A stretch of 64,000 nucleotides of DNA, from the IMG/VR virus record IMGVR_UViG_3300035145_003920, positions 1 to 64,000 of that record; one strand, given 5' to 3'. Numbering within the stretch: position 1 is the first letter of the stretch; every line of letters begins with the position of its first letter. Made by a program: the position numbers and the translations under genes. Shown here piece after piece: positions 1-9,068 of the stretch. Source of the DNA: a virus. A model generated the notes under the pieces. That model was given only the letters and a program-made list of their open reading frames with translations, ran no database searches and was not told the DNA's origin.

Positions 1-156
1 GATATTTCTAACCCCATATTCTATAGATAGATCTTGATTTGCATCAACATCGATTTTTTCATATACTACTCCTTCTGTAGTAGATTCCTGAATAATAGGA
101 CCCAATGTTCTACAAGGGGCACACCATGCTGCACTAAAATATAAAATTTTCTTCAT
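1..156 (-). CDS. trxA: Thioredoxin (runs off window edge)
   Basis: Hand-translated MKKILYFSAAWCAPCRTLGPIIQE...KIDVDANQDLSIEYGVRNI; WCxPC active site; ATG overlaps TAA of the upstream ORF; absent from ORF track. Confidence 0.9.
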   Translation of the reverse strand, partial: MKKILYFSAAWCAPCRTLGPIIQESTTEGVVYEKIDVDANQDLSIEYGVRNI

Positions 157-356
157 TATACTAATTCTTCTATTATACCAATTAACTCACTCAATATAAG
201 AACCCCTACTGCAAACTCCAAGCTATATAGCAAAAGTCCATACCCAACTAATCTGATTCCAGACTTTATAAAACTAATAATTTGATGCCATTTTTGATTA
301 GGCATATGTTCTAAATTGTTTCTATCTATTTCTATTTGATTAAAATTTTGTATCAT
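156..356 (-). CDS. Small membrane protein
   Basis: 66 aa, hydrophobic C-terminal half, TAATG-coupled to thioredoxin. Confidence 0.7.
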   Translation of the reverse strand: MIQNFNQIEIDRNNLEHMPNQKWHQIISFIKSGIRLVGYGLLLYSLEFAVGVLILSELIGIIEELV

Positions 357-372
357 AACTTTTAAAATTTAG

Positions 373-457
373 CGGAAAGGGAGGGATTCGAACCCCCGGT
401 ACCTTTCAGTACGCTGGTTTTCAAGACCAGTGCATTCGACCACTCTGCCACCTTTCC
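373..457 (-). tRNA. tRNA-Ser, anticodon UGA (reads UCA)
   Basis: GGAAAGG/CCTTTCC acceptor stem, TGGCAGAGTGG D-arm, CTGGT-CTTGAAA-ACCAG anticodon arm, long variable arm, GGTTCGAATCC T-loop; no encoded CCA. Confidence 0.96.
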
Positions 458-464
458 TACCTTA

Positions 465-1259
465 TTAAGCTGCATATTCAGCTAATAATTTCTCTACATG
501 AGATTTTGCTACTTCGTAATCAACTTCTCCAGTTTCATCCTCATATTGTACAGGGTCTTTTCTCCCCAGAGCAATAAAAGCCTCAATCCTCTCAACACTA
601 GAAGCAGACTTATAATCAGAATTTCCTGAAGGATATGGCTTATAAGAAGTATTTGTTCTTTTATAAACCTCATCAAATTCAATACCCAACGTATTAACCA
701 AATTTTCTCCATCCTTTAAAATTCCTAATTTATCTGTGTCAATATAAGGTATAAAAAATCCTACCTTATCAGCATCCCAATTACCAATTTTGAAAGCTTC
801 ATAATCAGCATCTCTAAATTCTTGTCTACAATCAGGATAAATAGCATGATCACCAGCGTGAATACCTAAAGCAATATCACATTCATCACCTGTTTTTTTA
901 GATACAGATAATGCTACAGCTTGAGTTAATGAAGAGAAAATTTTATTTCTGTTAGGTACAACTGTTGCTACCATATTTTCTTCTTCATAATGACCTTCTG
1001 GTACATCTTCTCCACCTTCTACAAGGTTAGAATCTAACAAGTTAACTAAACCATCTAATTTAATTACTTGGTAAGTAACATTTTGACCATTAGCATTTAA
1101 ATAATCCACTAATGATTGAGCTCTTTCAAGTTCCACTCTATGTTTTTGACCGTAATCAAAAGATAAAGCTGTTACATTGTCATACTCAGATAAACATCTA
1201 AGTAATAAAGTAGAGGAGTCCATCCCCCCAGATAAGGACACTACGACATTTTTCGCCAT
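465..1259 (-). CDS. queC: 7-cyano-7-deazaguanine synthase (QueC-like)
   Basis: SGGMDS PP-loop, FDYGQKH, VPNRN, YPDCR, VERIEAF motifs. Confidence 0.92.
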   Translation of the reverse strand: MAKNVVVSLSGGMDSSTLLLRCLSEYDNVTALSFDYGQKHRVELERAQSLVDYLNANGQNVTYQVIKLDGLVNLLDSNLVEGGEDVPEGHYEEENMVATVVPNRNKIFSSLTQAVALSVSKKTGDECDIALGIHAGDHAIYPDCRQEFRDADYEAFKIGNWDADKVGFFIPYIDTDKLGILKDGENLVNTLGIEFDEVYKRTNTSYKPYPSGNSDYKSASSVERIEAFIALGRKDPVQYEDETGEVDYEVAKSHVEKLLAEYAA

Positions 1260-1465
1260 GATTTAAAATAATTAATTAATTTTTGCCAGGTATTATTAAG
1301 CGTATAGGCAAACGCTGATTTTAAATGTGTAAATTTACATTTAAGATAAGATATAGTATAATGATAAATAGCAACTAATCCAAACCCTCCTGTAAGAAGA
1401 GTCCAAATGTTTGGATGCCAGTGCTCTCCACAAAATCCTAATGCATGTTTTATTATTTCTGCCAT
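1241..1465 (-). CDS. Small membrane protein
   Basis: 74 aa with one hydrophobic segment; packed between neighbours. Confidence 0.55.
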   Translation of the reverse strand: MAEIIKHALGFCGEHWHPNIWTLLTGGFGLVAIYHYTISYLKCKFTHLKSAFAYTLNNTWQKLINYFKSWRKMS

Positions 1466-1469
1466 ATTA

Positions 1470-1664
1470 TTAGTTTTCTACAAATTCTACGTCACCGTAA
1501 TCATCAATTGGTTTATCTCTTACTAGGTCCCAATCTGCATTATCTATAACTTCTTGTTGAAGATCTTCATCACCTGTTTTCCACTTTGCTACTTCCTCTT
1601 CTGTTAAGATATATTCTTCCCATCTGAAGTTGCAATAATTTACTGTTCTTGTTAATTTAGCCAT
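1470..1664 (-). CDS. Hypothetical acidic protein
   Basis: 64 aa, fits the gene packing. Confidence 0.65.
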   Translation of the reverse strand: MAKLTRTVNYCNFRWEEYILTEEEVAKWKTGDEDLQQEVIDNADWDLVRDKPIDDYGDVEFVEN

Positions 1665-2463
1665 AATGTTCTATTTTTGGTATTCCGTTAATTTCTCTAA
1701 ATAATGTTGTATTATGTAAAATATCCTCATATTGAATATCCATAAATTTAATATCAAAATGATCATTCATATTTGCTTTGGGTTTTGATGTTAAACCACT
1801 TTCAGTATACATTGTACCTTCCAAAGCAGCCATTACTGGATTTGAAGTATCAATTGATTCAATTTGCTTATATCCTCTATACCAACCAAATTCTTGTGGT
1901 ACTGAACAACCCAATAAATGAATTCTATCAAATTTATTAATTTCTCCTGAAGAATATAATCTACTGATAAAACATAATCTACCTAATGCTTTACCTAAAT
2001 CTTTATTTGGATGGGGATGAAGATCATTATACCAGCTAGCACCATAAGATATTGCTAGTTTTTCGTAACCTAATTCTTTTAAATTTCTATAACAACCATA
2101 TGCTGCTCCTTCATTTTCACCTTGTACTACAGCTACTAGGGTTGTATTTTCAGGAAATTTCATTTTTATCCAATACTTAGCTTGAGCATGTGTTTGGGCA
2201 TAATTCATCCATACATCAGGTACTATAAATTCATCTGGTTCTAATTCTTTAATCCAATAATGTAATCTATCCCATTTATATGCTTCTCCTAATTCATGAA
2301 GGGAATTATCCATTATAATATAACGTCCTGATTTTTTAGCATTATAAAAATATTGTTTATACTCTTCATCTATATCTAAAAGATGAGGTAAACAATAATC
2401 ATAATCATTAAATTCAGGAGATGCTGTTAATAAACAGCGAGGTACTTCGTGTGATACTTTCAT
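1657..2463 (-). CDS. TGT-fold protein, putative DpdA-like 7-deazaguanine transglycosylase
   Basis: IIMDNS, VAVVQG, RIHLLG and SIDTS motifs typical of TGT/DpdA barrels; located about 400 bp from queC. Confidence 0.65.
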   Translation of the reverse strand: MKVSHEVPRCLLTASPEFNDYDYCLPHLLDIDEEYKQYFYNAKKSGRYIIMDNSLHELGEAYKWDRLHYWIKELEPDEFIVPDVWMNYAQTHAQAKYWIKMKFPENTTLVAVVQGENEGAAYGCYRNLKELGYEKLAISYGASWYNDLHPHPNKDLGKALGRLCFISRLYSSGEINKFDRIHLLGCSVPQEFGWYRGYKQIESIDTSNPVMAALEGTMYTESGLTSKPKANMNDHFDIKFMDIQYEDILHNTTLFREINGIPKIEHYG

Positions 2464-2506
2464 ATAACTATACGATACAAAATTGTTTTTAATTTTCCTA
2501 ATTACT

Positions 2507-2650
2507 TTAAATTGTTCTAAATCTCCTTCTACTATTCCAAGTCATTCTTTTTCCCTGACCCATGTATTTTTTAGTTTCAGTTCTATCATTAAATTCATTT
2601 CTAATTGAATTCAATTGTGAGTTGCCATTATTTTGTTTAGTATTTACCAT
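2507..2650 (-). CDS. Small basic protein (47 aa)
   Basis: Hand-translated MVNTKQNNGNSQLNSIRNEFNDRTETKKYMGQGKRMTWNSRRRFRTI; start overlaps the end of 2644-3144. Confidence 0.55.
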   Translation of the reverse strand: MVNTKQNNGNSQLNSIRNEFNDRTETKKYMGQGKRMTWNSRRRFRTI

Positions 2651-3144
2651 GTTTTTGCTGGTCGTCCTCTGCGACTTTTTATATGAATTTTATTATAATT
2701 TTCTTCAATTTGATAATATAAATCTAAAATAGTCCCATAACATTTATCAATTTCATCGTATACTTCACCTTTTGTAATACGAAAATTTTTAGTAAATGCT
2801 ACTATAAGATCATTCAATTTCCCACTTTCATCCTTTTCATGATCCTCCCATAATCTTTTTCTTCTTGCACTTAATAATTTAGATTTCTCTAAATATTTTT
2901 GTAAATCAGGAGCACATTCCTCATAAAGATCATTTAACATATATTCACATAATTGTGCTTGTAACGAATAAGGGCCCTGGTCATAATCACCATTCATAAT
3001 TTTGTCCCTAAAATCAGATTTATTGGGTAATGGTTTATTTTTTGCCTCATACCATCTCCACCATCTAAATTGATTATAATTCAATTTTTGGAATTCAGTT
3101 AAACGTTTTTCTATATGAGCTCTACTATGGGCAATCTTGAACAT
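2644..3144 (-). CDS. Hypothetical protein
   Basis: 166 aa, ends with an RRGRP AT-hook-like peptide; preceded by an early-type promoter. Confidence 0.75.
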   Translation of the reverse strand: MFKIAHSRAHIEKRLTEFQKLNYNQFRWWRWYEAKNKPLPNKSDFRDKIMNGDYDQGPYSLQAQLCEYMLNDLYEECAPDLQKYLEKSKLLSARRKRLWEDHEKDESGKLNDLIVAFTKNFRITKGEVYDEIDKCYGTILDLYYQIEENYNKIHIKSRRGRPAKTW

Positions 3145-3163
3145 AACCTAACTTTTCAAAACG

Positions 3164-3195
3164 TAAATATACGACCTTTATTTCAGTAATCCAAA
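3164..3195 (-). promoter_or_regulatory. Host-type (Bacteroidota -33/-7) early promoter
   Basis: TTTG-N20-TATATTTA on the coding strand. Confidence 0.7.
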
Positions 3196-3202
3196 TTTTT
3201 TA

Positions 3203-3820
3203 TTACCAATTATCAGAAATAAGTTTATATTTTATATTGCAATAATTATTAAGTGATGGATATTCTTTTAGAAAAGCCCATTCCAAAAATATTTCTGCAA
3301 ACCAATCAGATCTAATCCCTGGTGGATTACCTGTATCATAATAATGTAAATATTTTCCTATTACATCTATAAACATATCAGGTTTAATTGAAAAAATACA
3401 AGTTGAGATTCCATCATTTCCCCAAGCATGGTATAAAAAATCACCATCTTTACTTTGTTCAATTAATTTTTCATATTCACCTTCTTCTAAAACTACATCA
3501 TAATTAAAATGGTGAACATATTCAAATCCTAAAATTTTAGTAAATGTCATTCCATTTAACATTTGAACAAGATGAGGATACCCATAATCCCAAATTCTTT
3601 TACCTTTATAATTAAGATATCTAGGAGATTTAGCTCTACGATTATCATCTGTGTATAAACTATAATTTACTAGATGTTGAATAGATACAGGAATTGGATA
3701 ATTACCCATGAATATAATAGGTAAATTAGTTTTTTCTTTAAAATTATGTAGAGCTTCCTCTGCTGCCTTAATTTTTTCAGGAGTATTAAGGTGAGAAGTA
3801 ATTAAAATACAACTTTTCAT
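3203..3820 (-). CDS. Hypothetical protein, possibly glycosyltransferase-like
   Basis: 205 aa; N-terminal beta-strand CILITSH and HFNYDV segment reminiscent of a GT-A fold. Confidence 0.5.
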   Translation of the reverse strand: MKSCILITSHLNTPEKIKAAEEALHNFKEKTNLPIIFMGNYPIPVSIQHLVNYSLYTDDNRRAKSPRYLNYKGKRIWDYGYPHLVQMLNGMTFTKILGFEYVHHFNYDVVLEEGEYEKLIEQSKDGDFLYHAWGNDGISTCIFSIKPDMFIDVIGKYLHYYDTGNPPGIRSDWFAEIFLEWAFLKEYPSLNNYCNIKYKLISDNW

Positions 3821-3825
3821 ATAAC

Positions 3826-4395
3826 TTATTCTACTAAATAATCAATCCATTTAGTTCCTTTAGTATCGGTATTTGGAAAATAAAAAACATATTTTGTATC
3901 TCCAAATTTTAATATTTTTCTAAACCCAGAAGGAATAGTTGCTCCCCCAGGTACTTTATCTTCTGAAAATTCAACTTCAACTCTAACTTCTACTTCAAAA
4001 AAATTAGCTAAATTTCTTTCAAATCCTTCTAATTCTTTCCAAACTCCTCTATTTAATCCTTCATGTTGTAAAGCTGAATTTAGATAGGTAAATGTTTTAT
4101 ATAATGTTTCTTTATCACAATTAAATGAAGCAGCAGGTGCTAAATGACCTTTATCCCAAATATTATTTTTATAATCATTATTATCTGAGGTATGGATATT
4201 ATCTTCAGTATAAAAATCCATTCCTGTTCTTGATGTTGTTCCTTTAGGACATTGTACTTTATACTCAACCCAAATAGGTTGTTCTTTTTCTTGATCATAT
4301 TGAACAATAAAAATGTCAGTTTCAATTAACTGACTTTGTAAAAGTAAAGGGAGTATAAATAATAAACTAGTAAATTTTTGTTTCATCATCTTCAT
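3826..4395 (-). CDS. Exported DNA/RNA non-specific endonuclease (NucA/Serratia family)
   Basis: WDKGHLAPAA and LNRGVWKELE motifs; N-terminal signal peptide LLFILPLLLQS|Q (true start probably 4386). Confidence 0.88.
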   Translation of the reverse strand: MKMMKQKFTSLLFILPLLLQSQLIETDIFIVQYDQEKEQPIWVEYKVQCPKGTTSRTGMDFYTEDNIHTSDNNDYKNNIWDKGHLAPAASFNCDKETLYKTFTYLNSALQHEGLNRGVWKELEGFERNLANFFEVEVRVEVEFSEDKVPGGATIPSGFRKILKFGDTKYVFYFPNTDTKGTKWIDYLVE

Positions 4396-5581
4396 TTGGT
4401 AAAGAACTTTTTATTTGGTTAATTTCACCTATAATTTTATTTGATCTAAAACTTGATAGTCCTGGTTTTAATTGTGATTCTAAATCTTTAATCATTTTTT
4501 TTGCTGCTATAATTTCGGATTCATCAATTATTCCATCTTCATTTAAATCTAGGATATTTTTTTGTTTTTTTTTGATCTCTTCTATTTTATCTAGATTTTC
4601 CATAAATTCTTTTTGTGTAGTCATTTCTTCAGCATCTTTGACTTTTATCTCATTTATAGGATTTTCTGGTGGGGTTGTACCTCTTGCTTCATCATAAGGT
4701 TTATCCCATAAATTTTCTTTAATATCTTCTTCTACTTCTTCTCCATATAAATTTTGTACGTATTTTTTCCTAGGGTATGCCTTATTAAAAGCAAAGTTAG
4801 CAGCAATTACTAAAGATATTGCTAAAGGATCAAATACAAAAATAATAATAAGTAATAAAATATTAATAATTTTATCCATAGGAGTACCTGTAAGTCCCGA
4901 TAGATACTTAAGGGGACCTAATTCTCCAGCTACTTCGGTGTTATTATCTAGTTCTAATACTTGTAATTGAAATTTTTGTAAACTATCAGCTGCTACTTCT
5001 CTTTTGGATTGTACATTTTTCCTATTTTCTTCTTCAACCGAAATACGATTTTGTGCCAAACGTAACTCAGCCGTACTGATGGTGTTTCGAACGCCTCCAA
5101 CCACACTGGTGTCCTTGATCTGTATAGACTGCGACTTGGCATTACTAAGAGTACTAATATTGTCCAGTATTTGTTGAAGTTCTTTATCATATCTATCTAA
5201 ATCTGTTTGGTAAAAATCTACTTTTTGTTGAATAAACTTTTTTTCGTTTTCAACAATAGTAAGTTCATTAAATGTTTCTTGATAAGCAGCACTTAAAAAT
5301 CCATAAATACCCATGCTAGTAATTAATACAAGTATTGTAGCTGCTATAGTTAAATAAGTTCTAAGGAGTTTATTTATAGTATCCCAATATTGGTATAATA
5401 AAGAAGCAGTAACTAATTTAGCAAATTCTAAAGAACCAGCCATTATAATGACTTCAAATTGAGCTCCAGCAAATAGTTTACTTAAACCATAAACTGAGTA
5501 AAAAGCCGCTGATGCACTTACAGACAATGCTGAAAATGCTATCATAAATGGGAACAATCCTTGTTTGAGATTCTTAAGCAT
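4367..5581 (-). CDS. Multi-pass membrane protein with coiled coil
   Basis: Three N-terminal TM segments, long heptad region, further TM (IIIFVFDPLAISL), EF-hand-like loop DLNEDGIIDESE. Confidence 0.8.
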   Translation of the reverse strand: MLKNLKQGLFPFMIAFSALSVSASAAFYSVYGLSKLFAGAQFEVIIMAGSLEFAKLVTASLLYQYWDTINKLLRTYLTIAATILVLITSMGIYGFLSAAYQETFNELTIVENEKKFIQQKVDFYQTDLDRYDKELQQILDNISTLSNAKSQSIQIKDTSVVGGVRNTISTAELRLAQNRISVEEENRKNVQSKREVAADSLQKFQLQVLELDNNTEVAGELGPLKYLSGLTGTPMDKIINILLLIIIFVFDPLAISLVIAANFAFNKAYPRKKYVQNLYGEEVEEDIKENLWDKPYDEARGTTPPENPINEIKVKDAEEMTTQKEFMENLDKIEEIKKKQKNILDLNEDGIIDESEIIAAKKMIKDLESQLKPGLSSFRSNKIIGEINQIKSSLPNEDDETKIY

Positions 5582-5618
5582 GGTGATAAATATAGGAAGA
5601 AAATAGGACTAAGACAAC

Positions 5619-6038
5619 CTATTTTCTAACACCCTTATGCTTATCAATACGATCTAATAAATCATTTAAAACTTCTGTTTTAATAAAACCAGCCATTGAT
5701 GCATTTTTAAGGGCACTTATTAATTGTAAAACTACAAGAGGCATAACAACGGTTTCACTTAACCATCCAGCCCCAGGGATACTTTTCTCGATTACTAATA
5801 TAACTGTTAATATAATAGTCCAGAAAAATAGGGTTCTAATAATCTTAATTGCTTTATAAGTTTTGAACCCTTCTCTTTTTATACCAGCACAAATGCCAAA
5901 AAAACCATCGGCAAAAATTAATGTTGCTATTGCTAAATACTGTTCTGCATTTTGCATGGTAAGTTCCATAAAATAGGAACATATGAAAGCTAATGTCATA
6001 CTGGCACTGGATAAAATTAATTTTGAAGTGTTCATCAT
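5619..6038 (-). CDS. Putative holin
   Basis: 139 aa, 3-4 TM segments, basic C-terminus, next to the putative endolysin. Confidence 0.65.
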   Translation of the reverse strand: MMNTSKLILSSASMTLAFICSYFMELTMQNAEQYLAIATLIFADGFFGICAGIKREGFKTYKAIKIIRTLFFWTIILTVILVIEKSIPGAGWLSETVVMPLVVLQLISALKNASMAGFIKTEVLNDLLDRIDKHKGVRK

Positions 6039-6042
6039 GAAA

Positions 6043-6684
6043 CTATTCTGATTGTTTATGCGGTTCTAAAGATTCTTGGTAATTTATATCCCCACTTTCA
6101 ATTAATGTGTATGTGAATGAATTACCCCAGACATCTTTAGCATTATTACAAATCTGCATAAATTCTGTAAAATTATCATTAGATGAAATTACTTGACAGC
6201 CTGCAGACCATTTATCTATTTGAGTAGAAGTAGCACCTGTCCACTTAGTTGCTCTATGAATATTAATACCAAATATACCTTCGAAAATTCTATCTGGGTT
6301 ATGATCATATCTTCCATCCCTATTGTTGTCTCTAAATACTTTTACTGGTTTCTTTTGTCTTAAAGCTTCATATTGACCTCTATGTAAACCAATTTCATGT
6401 GAACCTTTATATTGACCTGGTACTAGAATGGCTACACCATCAGGATTTAATAAATTTTGTTCCCAATGTAATCCTGGATCGCAGGTACCTTTATATTCAT
6501 GATAATAATCTGTTCCATCTACTGAATAAGAAACAGTGATCCAATCATCAAATTTATTTGTTACTAATTGGTCTGTACCTGAATTTCTGATTCCTACAAT
6601 ATTTAAATTGTAGTTACCATTTGTATACCAAGTATAACCTAAATGTTCTACTGTTAACCTAATTTTTTCTCTTGTCCAAGCCAT
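6043..6684 (-). CDS. Putative endolysin, L,D-transpeptidase (YkuD)-like
   Basis: GINIHRA...WSAGCQV His/Ser-x-Gly-Cys motif; flanked by holin-like genes. Confidence 0.6.
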   Translation of the reverse strand: MAWTREKIRLTVEHLGYTWYTNGNYNLNIVGIRNSGTDQLVTNKFDDWITVSYSVDGTDYYHEYKGTCDPGLHWEQNLLNPDGVAILVPGQYKGSHEIGLHRGQYEALRQKKPVKVFRDNNRDGRYDHNPDRIFEGIFGINIHRATKWTGATSTQIDKWSAGCQVISSNDNFTEFMQICNNAKDVWGNSFTYTLIESGDINYQESLEPHKQSE

Positions 6685-6709
6685 TTTTTATAAACTTTTT
6701 ATATAAATA

Positions 6710-6961
6710 TTATTCTTTTTTACCTTCTAATAGACCTTTTTCGTATTGCATTTCTTTTTCAATATCTATTATTCGGTCTTCTAATTCATTAATTACTTTA
6801 ATTTTTTTATCTAACCTTTCATGTACCATGGTTAGTTCAGCTTTTAATGCTGTAAACTCAGAAAATAAAGTTCCAGCAGTAAAAATCGCAGCCAATAATC
6901 CTACAACTATTGACCAATTATTCGTTAAAAACTTGTTTAGATTCACTTCGTTATTTGGCAC
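6710..6961 (-). CDS. Single-TM coiled-coil protein
   Basis: 83 aa, TM followed by heptad repeats. Confidence 0.7.
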   Translation of the reverse strand: MPNNEVNLNKFLTNNWSIVVGLLAAIFTAGTLFSEFTALKAELTMVHERLDKKIKVINELEDRIIDIEKEMQYEKGLLEGKKE

Positions 6962-6973
6962 TTTATCTTCAAT

Positions 6974-7228
6974 TTACTTTTTATTACCAAAGATCTTGCC
7001 TGCTTCAGCTATACCAAAGCATCCCAAAGTTATAATTAAGAAAGAATCATAAATAAACTCCTGGATTACCAAATCTTTTCCAACAAATCCTGTAATAATA
7101 TCAGCAGCAGCAAATATTACCATTACTGCAAAAGCTGCGAAACCAACAACTGATTTTTCATTGATGTCGTTATCATCTTTAAAAATATTCTTAAAAGCCA
7201 TCCATTTACGGTTTATATAATTAAACAT
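6974..7228 (-). CDS. Two-TM membrane protein (holin-like)
   Basis: 84 aa, two hydrophobic helices, basic end. Confidence 0.7.
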   Translation of the reverse strand: MFNYINRKWMAFKNIFKDDNDINEKSVVGFAAFAVMVIFAAADIITGFVGKDLVIQEFIYDSFLIITLGCFGIAEAGKIFGNKK

Positions 7229-7274
7229 AAATAACTAATTTAATGAAACATGATTTTTTTGTCCGTTATACGTA

Positions 7275-9068
7275 TTAAAACTGGAATTTAGAACCGATAG
7301 TTGCTGACCAAGTTAGCGGAATACCTGGAAGAGTAGTGCCTATTACATTGCCTCCTATATTGAATGTAAATCTTTGGGTTAAATTTATATCAAAATTAGA
7401 ACCTACTATATAAGTTACATGTTCATTCCATACTATTTCTCCTTTTCCTGGTTTTCTTATATCAAAATTATATGATACTGGATTTAAAGCTAATGCTAAC
7501 ATTGGGGAAATTGTAACTTTTTTAGTTGGGAATGGTTTAGTTCCAAATAATACCCCAGAAGGCATTATCATTACTGTATTATCTATATTAATTATTGTAC
7601 CTGAAATTGCATACCCACCTACAAATCCTTTCCAAAAATTATCTTTTTGTCCCATATAAACATTACTTAACCCACCAGAAAGTACTTTAGTACCATAGAT
7701 GTACATAAAGTTAGCACTAATAGATTGTATAAAGTCAATAGAACCTTTTTCATATATAGACCCAAAATATAAATCTTCTTTTTTAGTCTCTGGGTTATAT
7801 AGATAATATTTTACTTCTCTATCATAATTAAACCAAACATTAGATTGAGATAATCCTATACTAAATTGTTCTAGATTATCCCAAATCATAACATTAGCAG
7901 AATAAGTAGTAGCACCTGTGAGAGAGGATTGAGATAAACCAAAGCTAGCTGCTCTACTAAAAGATCCATCTAAAGCTTGTTGGGTAAGTAAATTAGCAGA
8001 TACATTTATAGGATTACGTTTTTTCTTTTCCTCTTTTTCTTCTTCCTCTTCACTATCTTCTTCTTCAGACTCTTCCTCTTCTTCCTCTTCAGATTCTTCT
8101 TCACTTTCTTCTTCTTCACTTTCTTCCTCTTCTGAAGATTCTTCTTCACTTTCTTCAGATTCTTCTTCACTACTTTCTTCTTCTACTTCTTCCTCACTAC
8201 TCTCTTCTTCAGAGCTTTCTTCAGAGCTTTCTTCACTATTTTCATCTTTATTTTCTTCACTTGATGAATCCTCGCCACCTTCTTCTCCTTCACCACCTGA
8301 ATCTCCTCCTTCTTCTCCTGACGAATTATCATCGCCGCCATCTCCATCCCCAGAAGAGTTATCATTATCTGATGAACCATTATCATTATCCGAGGAATTA
8401 TCCCCAGACGTATCGTCACCCCCAGAATTCCCGCTATCGCCAGAATTATCTCCTCCTGAGTCTCCTCCTGAGTCACCGCCTGAAGAATTGCCTGAGTCCC
8501 CTCCTGAATTATTTGATGAGCCTGAGCTTCCACCTGAGTCACCTCCAGAGGAACCTGAATTACCACTGTCTCCTCCTGAATTTCCTGAATTGCTTGATCC
8601 AGAAGAGCTTCCTGTGTTTCCACTGCTACTTCCAGATCCTGTTGATCCTGTATTTCCATTTGTATTTGTATTAGTTGAACCTGTGTTTGTTGAACCAGTA
8701 TTAGTAGCACCAGATGTGGCATTACTAGCTGCGTTAGTAGCATTACTAGTTGCATTACTCGTAGTATTTTGAGTTGTATTATTTGTAGCTGTATTGGTTG
8801 AACATGGAGATAAATTTTGCCACCATGCATAAGTTTCATCTAACCAAGCTTTTAAAGTACCATTTGTATATTCTGCCCAAGTAAATACTTTTACTCGGTT
8901 ATAAAATGCTACTGTTGCAGAACCATTAACAAAATTAGCTGTAACTACTTTAGTTTCATTAGTACACCTATCTACATAAACATTAGTAATAGTTTGGGTT
9001 TGCCCTACTAGAGAGAAACTCCAAAAGAAAATAAGTATGTAAAATAGTTTTCGCACATTAATGATCAA
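7275..9068 (-). CDS. Exported protein: small N-domain, long low-complexity linker, probable C-terminal outer-membrane beta-barrel
   Basis: Signal peptide FSLVG|Q; T/N-, G/S/D- and E-rich tracts; about 250 aa of amphipathic strands ending ATIGSKFQF. Confidence 0.8.
   Translation of the reverse strand: MIINVRKLFYILIFFWSFSLVGQTQTITNVYVDRCTNETKVVTANFVNGSATVAFYNRVKVFTWAEYTNGTLKAWLDETYAWWQNLSPCSTNTATNNTTQNTTSNATSNATNAASNATSGATNTGSTNTGSTNTNTNGNTGSTGSGSSSGNTGSSSGSSNSGNSGGDSGNSGSSGGDSGGSSGSSNNSGGDSGNSSGGDSGGDSGGDNSGDSGNSGGDDTSGDNSSDNDNGSSDNDNSSGDGDGGDDNSSGEEGGDSGGEGEEGGEDSSSEENKDENSEESSEESSEEESSEEEVEEESSEEESEESEEESSEEEESEEEESEEESEEEEEEESEEEDSEEEEEKEEKKKRNPINVSANLLTQQALDGSFSRAASFGLSQSSLTGATTYSANVMIWDNLEQFSIGLSQSNVWFNYDREVKYYLYNPETKKEDLYFGSIYEKGSIDFIQSISANFMYIYGTKVLSGGLSNVYMGQKDNFWKGFVGGYAISGTIINIDNTVMIMPSGVLFGTKPFPTKKVTISPMLALALNPVSYNFDIRKPGKGEIVWNEHVTYIVGSNFDINLTQRFTFNIGGNVIGTTLPGIPLTWSATIGSKFQF
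8030..8800 (-). repeat. Coding low-complexity repeats (GGDS/SGNS and EESSEE)
   Basis: Recurrent cctgagtc/cctgaa and tcttcttc units on the + strand. Confidence 0.85.

Noticed and set aside
373-457. tRNA with TGA in the anticodon loop as an opal suppressor, Sec tRNA or sign of recoding
   Set aside because: Anticodon UGA decodes the Ser codon UCA; genes here end normally in TAA, TAG and TGA and are not interrupted
8030-8600. Short repeats as a CRISPR array
   Set aside because: In-frame codon repeats with no constant repeat and unique spacer structure
8183-8839. Alternative-frame and antisense ORFs at 8183-8839, 8261-8674 and 8488-8772
   Set aside because: Shadows of the low-complexity linker of 7275-9068
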